A DNA stretch of 64,000 nucleotides from Candidatus Spongiisociaceae bacterium (GCA_965262915.1 OZ253564.1:1472001-1536000); one strand, 5' to 3'. Shown: positions 53,230-63,787, counted from the stretch's first letter. The notes: a model not told the origin generated them from the letters alone. Numbers and translations: made by a program.

Positions 53230-54615
53230 TCATGGGGGTGGCCGGACCGTGGCCACCAGGCCGGATCCTTCGAGGGCCTCGCCCACTCCGAAGAGGAGGT
53301 CCTCCCGCCACCACCGGGCCACCAGATGGACCGCCGGAGGCGGGATGCCGTCGGCTACCACAGGAAGGGAGATCGCCGGGCACTTGATGACGTTCACGAG
53401 GGAGGTGAAGCCGCTCAGTATTCCCCTGTAGAAGATCGGTGACCCTCCGATCTCGATTGTGTCGACCCCGATCCGTTTGCGGGGATGGCCTACGGTCGGG
53501 GTGATGAGCAGGTCGTAACCGGCGAAGAGTTCCCCCGCGGCTTGCACGACTCCCGCCTGCCACCGCAGGGCATCGGTGTATTCGTCGAGAGTGATATCGG
53601 TGGCCAGGCCCACACGCTCCCGGAGATCGGCTCCGTAGAGGTTGGCGGGATCGCTGAACCACTCCCGGTGGACGGAGGCCGCCTCTGCGGCTGCCAGGGT
53701 GATGAGGGCCCGGTCGGGGGCGAGGCGCGGCGCGTCCACCTCGTCGACGGTGACGCCGAGGCGGCGCAGCCGATCGCAGAATTGCGCGAACGACCTGCGC
53801 GTGGCGTCGGAGGTCGTGACGTCTCGCAGCCAGGCCGACGGCACCGCCATCCGGAGTTTCTCCATCACCGGTGGCCGGCGCGGCGGGTCGTCCACCGGGA
53901 CCGACCACGGATCGCTCCGATCGAACCCTTTCATCGCACGGAACAGCAGCCGGGCATCCCCGACCGTGGCCGTGAGCGGTCCTACCGTATCCAGCGACCC
54001 GGCCAGCGGGAAGACGCCGGTCAGGGGGATCCTGCCGTGTGTGACCTTGAGGCCTACGATGCCGCACAGGGCGGCGGGAACCCGCACCGAGCCGCCCGTA
54101 TCCGTGCCGAGGGCGGCCGGCGCCATCCCGGCGGCCACCGCCACCGCCGACCCACCGGAGGAGCCTCCCGGTGACAGCTCCCGATCCCACGGGTTGCGCA
54201 CCGGTCCGGACCAGGGGTTCTCGGAGGAGAAGCCGTAGGCGAACTCGTGGAGCCCGGTGCGGCCCATGATGATCGCCCCGGCCGCTTCCAAGCGGTCCAC
54301 GACGGGGGCCGACACCGTCGCCTCGTGGCGGTAGAAGGCGGACCCTGCCGTGGTGACGTGACCCGCATGGTCGATCAGGTCCTTCAGGGCGATCGGAACG
54401 CCGCACAGCCGTCCGGTCCGGGGTCCGGCGTCCACGAGGTCGGCCTGTCTCAGCGCCCCTTCCGGGTCGAGTTCGGTGAAGGCGTTGAGGTCGGGGTTGC
54501 GGGCTTCCGCCACGTCGAGGTACCGCTCCACCACCTCGCGGGCGGTCCGTTCCCCGCTGCGTACCGCACGGGCGATCGACTCGACAGGACCCGGCAATGG
54601 TTCGGTTTCTACCAC
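53230..54615 (-). CDS. Amidase signature family enzyme
   Basis: GVPIALKD, GGSSGGSAVAVA, GTDTGGSVRVPA. Confidence 0.92.
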   Translation of the reverse strand: MVETEPLPGPVESIARAVRSGERTAREVVERYLDVAEARNPDLNAFTELDPEGALRQADLVDAGPRTGRLCGVPIALKDLIDHAGHVTTAGSAFYRHEATVSAPVVDRLEAAGAIIMGRTGLHEFAYGFSSENPWSGPVRNPWDRELSPGGSSGGSAVAVAAGMAPAALGTDTGGSVRVPAALCGIVGLKVTHGRIPLTGVFPLAGSLDTVGPLTATVGDARLLFRAMKGFDRSDPWSVPVDDPPRRPPVMEKLRMAVPSAWLRDVTTSDATRRSFAQFCDRLRRLGVTVDEVDAPRLAPDRALITLAAAEAASVHREWFSDPANLYGADLRERVGLATDITLDEYTDALRWQAGVVQAAGELFAGYDLLITPTVGHPRKRIGVDTIEIGGSPIFYRGILSGFTSLVNVIKCPAISLPVVADGIPPPAVHLVARWWREDLLFGVGEALEGSGLVATVRPPP

Positions 54616-55820
54616 ACCAGGTCGGATGTCTCCGGATAGATCATGATCCACATCCTCCCAGGCGGCACGGTGATCTCGGCCCCGCCTGCGTCCGTGATGG
54701 TGAACCACTCGTCGGCGGAGGCGCGGTGCCACCGCCCCTCCGTGTAGCGTCCCTCGCCGAACACGATGGCGCGGTTCTCGCCCACAGTGTTCCAGGCCGG
54801 CACGCAGGAGCCTTCCCCCTGAGGGCAGGCCCGGTAGCCCTCGGCCATCAGCACGACCAGCACATCGGCTGATATCTGCCCGGTCTCTCCCTCACGGGTT
54901 CGCCAGAGTTGCGATTCGCCGTCCACCGATCGCAGGTACCGGCTGCCGTCCCAACGCCACACGACGTCGGACGTGTCGGACCACTCGAAGAAGATGTAGG
55001 TGGCGGTCGCCTCCGCCGGGCCGCTCAGGGGTCCCCTCCTGAAGAGCGGTGCCGGAGGTTCCTGGCTGAGCCCTCTCTCCGCCGCTATCCGGCGCACCTC
55101 GTAGGTGTTGACGTAGAGATTGTGGGGTGCATCCCGCTCCCTCCATCTGGCGGTCAGGGGCGGGCCGTAGTCCCCGATCAGCGGTACGTCGTTGCGGGTG
55201 ACCAGCCGGGTGATCCACGGTTGGCCGCCGCTGATCGCCAGAACACCGTTGAGCGGCTTGACCAGCGTCCAGTCGGTGGGACGGAGCGAGCGCATGGGGC
55301 CTACCCAGTCGGAGTCGCTGTGATGGAACAGGCCGATGAACCTGAGGATGCCGCTCTCCACCACGACCTCGTAGACCGCTTCGGCCTGCTCGAGCCCCGA
55401 CTGGGGTCGGGCATTCCAGTGGTTGTCGATCTTGACCGCCACCAGCTTGCGGTTGACCAGCGCCGGGTCGTCGACCGGAAGGCCGGTGACCGGGGACACC
55501 GGCCCCGAGTAGGCGGTCGTGGTGGGATCGGCGGAGGTCTCGGTAGTGCTCGCGGTCCCGGCCACCGTCTCTCCGGAGGTTTCGGTGGTGTCGCCGGTAG
55601 CGGTGGTGTCGCCGACGGTGGTGGCGAGGGCGTCGGCCACCGTCGCCTCGGTGGCTTCCTCGGTGGTGACGCTGGTGCCGGTGGGATCGGCGCCGGTGCT
55701 GGTCTCGGTCACCTCGGTCCGGCCGGAGGTGACGGTGGGTGTGGGAGCAGGATCGTCGCCACCGCAGGCGACGGCCAGCATCATCCAGATGACCAGGGCA
55801 ACCGAGGATTTTCGCGACAT
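54609..55820 (-). CDS. DUF3048 family lipoprotein
   Basis: Lipobox AVAC; AVKIDN..ARPQSGL..E..VESGILRF; GPMRS.R; APHNLY. Confidence 0.88.
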   Translation of the reverse strand: MSRKSSVALVIWMMLAVACGGDDPAPTPTVTSGRTEVTETSTGADPTGTSVTTEEATEATVADALATTVGDTTATGDTTETSGETVAGTASTTETSADPTTTAYSGPVSPVTGLPVDDPALVNRKLVAVKIDNHWNARPQSGLEQAEAVYEVVVESGILRFIGLFHHSDSDWVGPMRSLRPTDWTLVKPLNGVLAISGGQPWITRLVTRNDVPLIGDYGPPLTARWRERDAPHNLYVNTYEVRRIAAERGLSQEPPAPLFRRGPLSGPAEATATYIFFEWSDTSDVVWRWDGSRYLRSVDGESQLWRTREGETGQISADVLVVLMAEGYRACPQGEGSCVPAWNTVGENRAIVFGEGRYTEGRWHRASADEWFTITDAGGAEITVPPGRMWIMIYPETSDLVW

Positions 55821-56131
55821 ACGGGTGCCAGTGTCTCAGAAACGAAGCGCTGATTGCAACGACCTCGGGATCCGGCTGCCCCGGTTTATGGGTTGCCCGA
55901 CGTGGCCGGCTACGGGATGGGTTGGCTCGGCGTCGTCCGCCGTTCATGCCGCCGACGTACTCCAGGCGCGGAGTGACCGACAGGACCATCGTGCTGGCCC
56001 AGGTCATATCCGGTGCGTACACGCTTGCCCAGTGCGGTAAGCAAACCCTGGCTCCCACCCGGTAGAACCAGCATCTGGATGCCATCGCCACCGACTGGCC
56101 GCGGTTCATAGGTTGCGGTCGTCCCTACTTC

Positions 56132-56383
56132 ATGGATAGCCACTCCCTCCGGAAGCACGGGCAGGCTACGCCGCTGGGTTTCGTGTTCACGAGTATCACC
56201 GCCGGTGATGACCATACGTGTGCTGTGACGGATGACTATCGGATCAGGTGCTGGGGGAGCGACCTTTACGGGCAGTCGACGCCTTCGTCCACGGGCCGCA
56301 AGTATTTCAGCGTGACCGCCGGTCCCAGACACACCTGCGCCCTTCAGCGGGATCATTCCGTGACGTGCTGGGGGCGGGTGTGA
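56132..56383 (+). pseudogene. RCC1-like repeat remnant
   Basis: Two repeats: ITAGDDHTCAV..CWG...GQ and VTAGPRHTCAL..CWG. Confidence 0.7.
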
Positions 56384-56425
56384 GAGTGTTGTGGCGTGGA
56401 CATCGGGAAGACTCGGTCTGGAGTG

Positions 56426-56872
56426 TCACGGGAGCCGCCGAACTCCGCGGAGCGGCCAGTAGCGAGCGACTGCCACCGAATGGAGGGCTCCGCGGCTGAC
56501 GGGGCCTCTTGAACGGCTGTCGTTCGCCGAGTCGGCGCGGTTGTCACCGAGGACGAACCAGGAGTCCGCAGGCACGGTCCAGAGGCCGTCCGGTCGGGTC
56601 GCGGCCGACCACCACGGTTCGGTAAACGGGGTTCCGTCGATGAGGAGCACCCCGCCCTCGATCTTCACCGTCTCGCCGGGGAGACCGATCACCCGCTTGA
56701 GGAGAAAGCGGTCACCGGCCTGGAACACGACGATGTTCCCCCGCCTGGGTTCGCGGCCGCCACGGATCAGGCGCGTGAGCAGGTAGTCGCGGGGCGCCAG
56801 GAGGGGCGCCATCGAGTGATCGGCGACCTCGAAGCGGCCGAAGCGGGTGCGGAACCAGGCGAAGAGAGCCAA
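56426..56872 (-). CDS. sodX: S26 peptidase, probable Ni-SOD maturation protease
   Basis: SMAPLL..D, LLKRV, LGDN..S.DSR. Divergent from sodN. Confidence 0.8.
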   Translation of the reverse strand: MALFAWFRTRFGRFEVADHSMAPLLAPRDYLLTRLIRGGREPRRGNIVVFQAGDRFLLKRVIGLPGETVKIEGGVLLIDGTPFTEPWWSAATRPDGLWTVPADSWFVLGDNRADSANDSRSRGPVSRGALHSVAVARYWPLRGVRRLP

Positions 56873-56992
56873 TGAGGTAATGATGGTCGGTCAGTCCCCT
56901 CGGTGGCTGCGCGTACGGACAGAGCGACCCGTCTGGACGACGGCGAGTGTATTGTCAGCCGGGCAGTACCTACGAATCCCGAAGGAGAGCTC

Positions 56993-57409
56993 ATGGGGAT
57001 CTTCAAGCCGTCGAAGGTGGCCCACGCCCACTGCGACCTGTTCTGCGGCGTGTACGACCCGGCCCAGGCCCGGATCGAAGCCGAGTCGGTCTTGCAGGCA
57101 GCCAAGAAGTACCACGGCAGCGACGACGAGGTCTTCCGTTCGCGGTGCATCTCGGTCAAGGAGTCGCAGGCCGAGTTGGTGAAGCATCACCTGTCGGTGC
57201 TCTGGACCGACTTCTTCAAGCCTCACCACCTGGAGCGCTTCCCCGAACTCCATGGCATGTTCTGGAACGCCATCAAGGCGGCGGGGGATGCCAAGAAGTC
57301 GACCGATCCGGCGGCGGCCGAGGACCTCATCGCCCAGATCGAGGGGATCGCCGACGTGTTCTGGCAGACCGACGAATCGGCGAACGTAGGTCTCTACCCG
57401 CCTTCCTGA
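56993..57409 (+). CDS. sodN: Nickel superoxide dismutase
   Basis: GAAGGAG RBS; leader then HCDLFCGVYDPAQARIEA; KHHLSVLWTDFFK. Confidence 0.95.
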   Translation: MGIFKPSKVAHAHCDLFCGVYDPAQARIEAESVLQAAKKYHGSDDEVFRSRCISVKESQAELVKHHLSVLWTDFFKPHHLERFPELHGMFWNAIKAAGDAKKSTDPAAAEDLIAQIEGIADVFWQTDESANVGLYPPS

Positions 57410-57510
57410 ACATCCGGGCGGCAGGGACCGCGGCTGACCGGCTGCGGGTGCAAGCGTCCGCCAAACACCCGAACTTCTAACCTGCAGGGATCGGCGAGGG
57501 CGTCGGCAAC

Positions 57511-58272
57511 TCACTCGCCGACCAGATCGCGCCGTCTCAGTATCGATCCTGTAAGGATCACTGAGACCAGCGCCATCACCGCCACCTTGGCGGCGGCGCC
57601 TCCTGCTCCGATCATCACCCGGCCGAGTATCCGGTCTACCGCGTCATACGTGTCGGGGGTCATCGAGGCGAAGTCGGCCGAAGCCGAGACGACGATGCGG
57701 TAGATCGAGGATGCCTGTATCCCCTCGAGGAGGCTGGCGAGGATCCCCTCCCAGAGGAAGAGGTAGCCGAGGCCGAACAGGGTGGCCCGGTTGAGCACCA
57801 ACCCCAGAGGCACGAACAGAGCGGCCGAGGCCAGGCTCTGGACGGCCACCCCCACCGTGGTGGCGATCCCCAGCGACCAATCGCCGCTCATCACGGCGGC
57901 CACCAGCCATGTGACCAGCACGCCTGTTTCCAGGATCACGAAAGCGGAGACAGCTGCGGCTATCAACGCGCCGAGGGCGATCACCCCGCGCGGCACCGGC
58001 TTGAGAAGAAGGAAAGGAAGGGTGTGGGCCTTGCGCTCCTCACCCAGCGCGGCGGTCGACACGACGAGGGCGGCCACCGGGTAGAGGGTGGCCATCCCCA
58101 GGCTGAATGTGAGGTCGTTGTACATCTCGGCTGCGAACGACTCGGAACGGCCCACGGCCAGGAGGAACAACAGCGGTGCCAACGAAGCGGTCAGCAAGAA
58201 CATCGCGATCGACCGGCGGCGCCTCATCAGCCGGCCGGTTATCGAACCCACTAGCAGGAGTAGGGCCCTCAT
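57511..58272 (-). CDS. ABC-2 type permease
   Basis: Multi-TM; LGEERKAHTL..LLLKPVPR. Confidence 0.85.
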   Translation of the reverse strand: MRALLLLVGSITGRLMRRRRSIAMFLLTASLAPLLFLLAVGRSESFAAEMYNDLTFSLGMATLYPVAALVVSTAALGEERKAHTLPFLLLKPVPRGVIALGALIAAAVSAFVILETGVLVTWLVAAVMSGDWSLGIATTVGVAVQSLASAALFVPLGLVLNRATLFGLGYLFLWEGILASLLEGIQASSIYRIVVSASADFASMTPDTYDAVDRILGRVMIGAGGAAAKVAVMALVSVILTGSILRRRDLVGE

Positions 58273-59225
58273 CCGGGTTCCACCAGGTAGCGGAAGACGC
58301 TGTCGAGGGACTCGTCCTCGGGGGATACGGCGATGATCCGTGATCCGGTCTCCCGGGCAGCCGCCGCGATATCGAGACCGAGAGCCCGTGCGTCGCCGGT
58401 TCTTATCTCGACGGTGTCTCGGCCGACCCGTACCGCCTCGACCCACTCTCCTCCTAGCAGCCTCCGCGCCAGCGGGCGCGGCCGGTCGGTGTCGATCCTG
58501 ATCAGGCGAGGCGTGTCCGACATGGCATCCCGGAGCGCCGCCACGGATCCCGCCGCCGCTACCCGTCCGTCGACCATGGCCACCACCCTTCCCGCCATGC
58601 GCTCCACCTCCGCCAGGACATGGGATGAGACGATGATCGTCCGGCCTTGCTGCCCGAGATCCAGGAACAACTCGATCAGTCGGGCCCGCTGCAGCGGGTC
58701 CGTCCCGTTCAGCGGCTCGTCGAGTAGCAGCACCTCCGGGTCGTGGACCAAGGCAGCGGCCACCTTGGCTCTCTGGCGCATGCCCTTGGAGAAGGTCGAC
58801 AGGCTCCGGTCGGCGTCCTTGGTGAGGTGAACGGTCTCCAAAGCACGAATTGCAGACGAACCGGGGTCCTCCACTCTCGACATGGCCGCGCTCCACTGGA
58901 CGAATCGTCGCGCTGTCATGTGCCCGTAGACGGCCTCGTCCTCCGGCACGAACCCGAGGTAGCGGTATACGGCGTGCTTGTTGCCCGGAGGGTGGCCGAG
59001 GATGGTCGCGCTACCCGCCGACGGCCTCAGCAAGCCGGCGAGAACCCGTAGCAGGGTTGTCTTCCCGGCTCCGTTGGGACCGAGCAGACCGGTTACCCCC
59101 GGCCCGAATGAGCAGTCCACCTCGGAGACCGCTACCTTCGGCCCGAACCACTTCGACAGGCGAGTGGCTACCACTGTGGGCTCGTCCACGTGAAGAGCGT
59201 CGGTCGAGCGGTCGGATGCAGTCAC
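58269..59225 (-). CDS. ABC transporter ATP-binding protein
   Basis: GPNGAGKTT, FSKGMRQR, LLDEP. Confidence 0.95.
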   Translation of the reverse strand: MTASDRSTDALHVDEPTVVATRLSKWFGPKVAVSEVDCSFGPGVTGLLGPNGAGKTTLLRVLAGLLRPSAGSATILGHPPGNKHAVYRYLGFVPEDEAVYGHMTARRFVQWSAAMSRVEDPGSSAIRALETVHLTKDADRSLSTFSKGMRQRAKVAAALVHDPEVLLLDEPLNGTDPLQRARLIELFLDLGQQGRTIIVSSHVLAEVERMAGRVVAMVDGRVAAAGSVAALRDAMSDTPRLIRIDTDRPRPLARRLLGGEWVEAVRVGRDTVEIRTGDARALGLDIAAAARETGSRIIAVSPEDESLDSVFRYLVEPG

Positions 59226-60145
59226 GTCAATCTCCGGTAGCGCCAGCCGACCAGCGCCGCGCTAACGGCGGCCAGTCCGATTACCACGGCCAGTGAGGCG
59301 CCCGGCCCGAATCCGGCCTGCGCGGGTATCCACTCCGCCGATTCGTGGACCCCGAAGATCCAATCACGGATGTATCGAGGATGCTGCTCGGTGGCGAGCA
59401 GGGCTGCCCAGCGGGTACCGGGTGTGTCCTCCACGGCTTCCTGGAAGAAGAGGGCCACCAGGTTGAGGCCCAGTGAACCGACCAGGAAAGCGGCCGCGGC
59501 GCCTCCGACCCGGTTGATGAACGACGCGGTCAGGAAGCTGAGCGATGCGTGGAGGACGAAATAGGCGAGGGCCGCCAGAGGGACCTTCCAGAGGATGTCG
59601 GTGGTCCGGCCCAGGTACGAAAGGAAACCTTCCTGGGAGAGGGCGGCCAGCCCGAGATGTAGCAGCAACTGGGGCACCAGCCAGAAGCTGAGGATCACCG
59701 CGGCGTAGGCGAAGGCTTTGCCGATGAGATAGTCCCGCAACGCCAGCGGTCGAGAGAAGTACACGTTCAGGACCCCGTGGGTCCGGTCGGGGATCAGGAG
59801 ATGGGCCCCCGCGTACGCCGCGAACAGGAGTGCCACCACCGAGATGAAGTCGAAATACCCGCGGTAGCGGGGAACCAGATCCACCGGCCCCGCGGCGGAG
59901 GGGATCTGGGAGGTGGCCCAGGTGATGGCGACCAGTATCACCACCGAAGCCAGCGCCACCGTTATGAGGGTCCACGGCAACAGCTTCCGCTTCGCCTTAC
60001 GCCGGAGGCCCATCACCCTCCGGAAGCCCTCCCTGACTATGGCCCGGATGGCGCCCCGTCTCCCGGTACGGTTACCTTCGTAGTGGCGGTAGCCGCGGTC
60101 GACGATGACGGCTTCGTCGCGATCGGTTACTCGGGGATCAGCCAT
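59222..60145 (-). CDS. ABC-2 type permease
   Basis: Multi-TM; PDR..GVL..YFSRPL...DYL.GK. Confidence 0.85.
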   Translation of the reverse strand: MADPRVTDRDEAVIVDRGYRHYEGNRTGRRGAIRAIVREGFRRVMGLRRKAKRKLLPWTLITVALASVVILVAITWATSQIPSAAGPVDLVPRYRGYFDFISVVALLFAAYAGAHLLIPDRTHGVLNVYFSRPLALRDYLIGKAFAYAAVILSFWLVPQLLLHLGLAALSQEGFLSYLGRTTDILWKVPLAALAYFVLHASLSFLTASFINRVGGAAAAFLVGSLGLNLVALFFQEAVEDTPGTRWAALLATEQHPRYIRDWIFGVHESAEWIPAQAGFGPGASLAVVIGLAAVSAALVGWRYRRLT

Positions 60146-61088
60146 TTGCTTCCTTGGCGGCTGCCACCAGCACGTCCTCCAGGCGGCTCAGGCTGGTTCC
60201 CAACCGGCGGACAGACGATCCTGACGACTCGAGAGCGTCGCGCATCAGTACGAAGGCGTCCTCGGCTCGGGTGACGACTGTTACCACTGCCCCGTCCACA
60301 GTGGTGGATACCCCCTGGCGGGTGAGTGCTTCGACCAGGGCCCGGGGATCCCCGAAGACCTCCACGGATAGTCGATCCCCCTCATCCGGAGGGTCGAGCG
60401 GCGCCGAGTGGATCAGCCGCCCGGCGTCGAGCATCACCACCCAGTCACAGGTCCGCTCAATGTCGTCGAGGATGTGCGATGAGAACAGCACGTTCATGCC
60501 GAATTCGCGGAAGCGGCCGATCAACTCCAGCATCTGGTCCCGCCCGGCGGGGTCGAGGCCGGAGGCCGGTTCGTCGAGGAGCACCAACTCCGGATCGTGG
60601 ACGATGCTCTGGGCCAGCTTCACCCGCTGTTGCATGCCGGTTGAGAAGTCGCCCAGGTAGCGGAAGCGTTCCTCGTGCAGTCCGACCAGGAAAAGGGTCT
60701 CCGACGCTCTCCGTCGTGCTTCGAGCGAAGGGATACCCGCCAGTTCGGCGGCGTAGGCCACGAAATCGGCCGCGGTCTGGTCAAGCGGAAGGCACTTGCC
60801 TTCCGGCATGTAGCCGATTCGCTCCCGGAGCCGGGCCGGGTCATCGGACACCTTCGTTCCGAAAACCGAGACCTGCCCGTAGGTCGGTCGGATCAGACCC
60901 AGGACAAGCCTGATCAAGGTGGTCTTACCCGCTCCGTTGGCTCCGATGAGGCCTGTCACCCCGTGGGGAACGGTCAGGTCGAGCCCTTCGAGGGCCCTGA
61001 CGTTGCCGAAGTGCTTGTACAGGCCACGAGTCTCGATGATCGGCGGGTCCGATCTTGTCGTGGCCGAAGGGATCCGCCGATCAGTCAA
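60138..61088 (-). CDS. ABC transporter ATP-binding protein
   Basis: GANGAGKTT, FSTGMQQR, LLDEP. Confidence 0.95.
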   Translation of the reverse strand: MTDRRIPSATTRSDPPIIETRGLYKHFGNVRALEGLDLTVPHGVTGLIGANGAGKTTLIRLVLGLIRPTYGQVSVFGTKVSDDPARLRERIGYMPEGKCLPLDQTAADFVAYAAELAGIPSLEARRRASETLFLVGLHEERFRYLGDFSTGMQQRVKLAQSIVHDPELVLLDEPASGLDPAGRDQMLELIGRFREFGMNVLFSSHILDDIERTCDWVVMLDAGRLIHSAPLDPPDEGDRLSVEVFGDPRALVEALTRQGVSTTVDGAVVTVVTRAEDAFVLMRDALESSGSSVRRLGTSLSRLEDVLVAAAKEANG

Positions 61089-61258
61089 GCTCCCCCTCCA
61101 CGTGGGTTCCGAATCGGCGCATTGCCCTTAGCCTGAATCCACCGATTCATATTCCGAAAACCAATCCTGACCAGGGCGATCTCCGGGATCCACCACTCAC
61201 AGGAAGTTGCTCCTCTTCCCAGGACCGAACCATCCTTACCAATGGCTATCGCCGCAGA

Positions 61259-61600
61259 TCAGGAGGCATTTCCACCATATCTCCATGTCCGCTGCGCCCT
61301 CCCCATCGGTGGATTCAGGCTTAGCAATTCTCTCCTTCTTTCCTGACTCGAACAGTCCTTGATCCACTGCTTGACGCGGGCGAGAAGTTGTTTGGCCCAC
61401 CCGAACTCCGTTGACCACAGCACTACGCCCGCTAGGAGGAACGCTGTGCCGGGCACCAAGGGGAGGACGAGTCCGATGAGGCCCACCAGGACGAGCACGC
61501 CCCCGCCTACAGCCGCCGCCCTTCTGAACCCGCGCGGCACAGTGATCTCCCTTGGCCGGTCAAGTGATGTCATACGGTGAATATCCATGACTTCGGGCAA
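61259..61600 (-). CDS. PGPGW-domain small membrane protein
   Basis: GLIGLVLPLVPG..LAGV.LWSTEFGWAKQLL. Confidence 0.7.
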   Translation of the reverse strand: MPEVMDIHRMTSLDRPREITVPRGFRRAAAVGGGVLVLVGLIGLVLPLVPGTAFLLAGVVLWSTEFGWAKQLLARVKQWIKDCSSQERRRELLSLNPPMGRAQRTWRYGGNAS

Positions 61601-61744
61601 CCCGTCTATGGGGAATCGCCCTGATTTGACCCTGAGTACCTCAGGACGACCTCGGGTTTGTCACTGATGGTTGGTACCAACGTCCAGTGAGAAAACGGAG
61701 ACATGGAAACCATGGGGCCCTCGCCGGTAGCCGGGTTGGGCCGC

Positions 61745-62038
61745 TCAGTCACGCTCTTGCAGTTCCGCAGAGGTGTTCGGGGGTGCAGGAAGCGACCTCC
61801 TCGCATCTTTCCTCCTGCTCGAGCGGCTCCTCATCCACCCACGGACCCGCACCAGGAGTCGCTTGGCCCAACTGAACTCGCTCGACCACACGAAGAGGCC
61901 CGCGATCAGGAAAACCGCGCCGGGAAGGATGGGGAGGGCGAAACCCGCCAAGCCTAGGAGAACCAGGATTCCGCCGCCGATGGCCACGAATGCCTTCCGA
62001 AAGTTGCTATGCACGGTCATTCGCCTCCTGCCCGACAT
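61745..62038 (-). CDS. PGPGW-domain small membrane protein (paralogue)
   Basis: GLAGFALPILPG..IAGL.VWSSEFSWAKRLL. Confidence 0.7.
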   Translation of the reverse strand: MSGRRRMTVHSNFRKAFVAIGGGILVLLGLAGFALPILPGAVFLIAGLFVWSSEFSWAKRLLVRVRGWMRSRSSRRKDARRSLPAPPNTSAELQERD

Positions 62039-62054
62039 TCCGTCTCAAGTCCGC

Positions 62055-63698
62055 TCAGCCGCGTCTAGCCGTCTCTACCTTTCGGTAGAGGGGTCTGATG
62101 GTTCCCAGAGTCGTTCCCGGAGGAACGGGCAGACCGGCCCAGCCCTGGCCTGCGACGGTGCCGGGGAGGCCGAGCATGGAATGGAGGCGTCCGGTGGTCA
62201 CGGGCAGGTAGGGGGCAAGGGCCACCTTCAGGTGGTTGATGGCGTCGAGAGCCGTCTTCAACACGGTGGCGGTCCGTTCGAGGTCGGTCTTGGCCGTCTT
62301 CCACGGCTCGGTAGCGTTCAGATAGGCGTTGATCTGCCCGGCTGCCTCCATGGCGGTCCGGAGCCCGGCCCGAAGTTCGACCCTCTCGATCCGGGCAGCC
62401 ACGCGGTCCAGGAGCTGCTCGGATGAGGTCCGGACGGCCCGGTCATCAGCGGTTTCCTTGCCCGGCTCCGGAACTCGGTCACCGAACACCGATCGGGTTA
62501 GCGACAGGACCCGGTTGACGAGATTTCCCCAGGTGGCGACCAGTTCATCGTTGATACGGCGATCGATCTCGTGCTCGGTCATCTCCGTGTCGCTGTTCTC
62601 CGGCAGGCTGGCTGCCAGCGCGTACCGGAGGGCGTCGGGTTCGTAGACGTCCAGCGCGCCGCTGATGGTGAGGCCGATTCCCCGGCTCGCCGACGCCTTG
62701 CCTCCACGGAAGGTCACGTACTGGTTGGCAGGGACATTCGTGGGGAGTTCCAGGCCGCCGTATCCGAGCAGCATGGCCGGCCAGATGATGGTGTGGAAGG
62801 GAATGTTGTCCTTGCCGATGAAGTAGTAGTGCTCGGCCTCGGGGTTCTCCCACCAGTCCTTCCAGGCGTCCGGCGTACCTTGTATCTGCGACCACTCCTT
62901 GGATGCCGACAGGTAGCCGATCACCGCGTCGAACCACACGTAGATCTTCTTGCCCGGTCCGAGACCCTCGACCGGTATGTCGATGCCCCATTCGATGTCG
63001 CGGGTTATGGCGCGATCCTGCAGACCCTCCTTGATCCATCCGAGCGAGAAGTTGAGGACGTGCTTGCGCCAGCCCTTCCGGGAGTGCAGCCATTCTTCCA
63101 ACTGGTCGGAGAAGTCGGGCAGGCGCAGGTAGAAGTGGTCTGTCCTGCGACTCACCGGGGTGGCGCCGGACAGCGTGGAGCGGGCGTCGATCAGATCCAC
63201 CGGGTCAAGGGTGCGTCCGCACGACTCGCATTGATCGCCCCTCGCGTCCCCATATCCACAGTGCGGGCAGGTTCCCTCGACGTAGCGGTCGGGTAGGAAG
63301 CGACGAGACTCGGGATCGAAGAACTGCTCGGAGGTGCGTCGGTCTATGTGCCCGTTCTCGTGGAGAGTCCGGAAGATGTCCTGGGTTACCTCATGGTGGT
63401 TGGGGGTTCCGGTCATGGTGAACAGTTCCCACTGGATCGCCAGGTCGTCCCAGTTGGCCACGAACTCGGCGTGGTAACGATCGACGATCTCCTGGGGGGT
63501 TACCCCTTCCTGATCGGCCCTCACCGTGATGGGGGTGCCGTAGATGTCGCTTCCCGACACCATCAGGACCCGGTCTCCGGCCAGGCGGTGGTAGCGGGCG
63601 AAGATGTCGGCCGGAAGGTAGGCGCCCGCGAGATGGCCGAGATGACGGGAGCCGGACGCGTACGGCCAAGCGACGGAGACAAGGACATGTCGGTTCAT
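62055..63698 (-). CDS. metG: Methionine--tRNA ligase
   Basis: AWPYASGSRHLGH, Zn knuckle CPHC..CESC, YVWFDA, GKDNIPFH. Confidence 0.96.
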   Translation of the reverse strand: MNRHVLVSVAWPYASGSRHLGHLAGAYLPADIFARYHRLAGDRVLMVSGSDIYGTPITVRADQEGVTPQEIVDRYHAEFVANWDDLAIQWELFTMTGTPNHHEVTQDIFRTLHENGHIDRRTSEQFFDPESRRFLPDRYVEGTCPHCGYGDARGDQCESCGRTLDPVDLIDARSTLSGATPVSRRTDHFYLRLPDFSDQLEEWLHSRKGWRKHVLNFSLGWIKEGLQDRAITRDIEWGIDIPVEGLGPGKKIYVWFDAVIGYLSASKEWSQIQGTPDAWKDWWENPEAEHYYFIGKDNIPFHTIIWPAMLLGYGGLELPTNVPANQYVTFRGGKASASRGIGLTISGALDVYEPDALRYALAASLPENSDTEMTEHEIDRRINDELVATWGNLVNRVLSLTRSVFGDRVPEPGKETADDRAVRTSSEQLLDRVAARIERVELRAGLRTAMEAAGQINAYLNATEPWKTAKTDLERTATVLKTALDAINHLKVALAPYLPVTTGRLHSMLGLPGTVAGQGWAGLPVPPGTTLGTIRPLYRKVETARRG

Positions 63699-63787
63699 AG
63701 CCCCACAGGCTACCGGAGTCCGAAGCCTGTCATTCATCCGAGCGGCATCCCGGTAAGTGCCCCGCCGGCGGTGCTTACGATTGGGAC

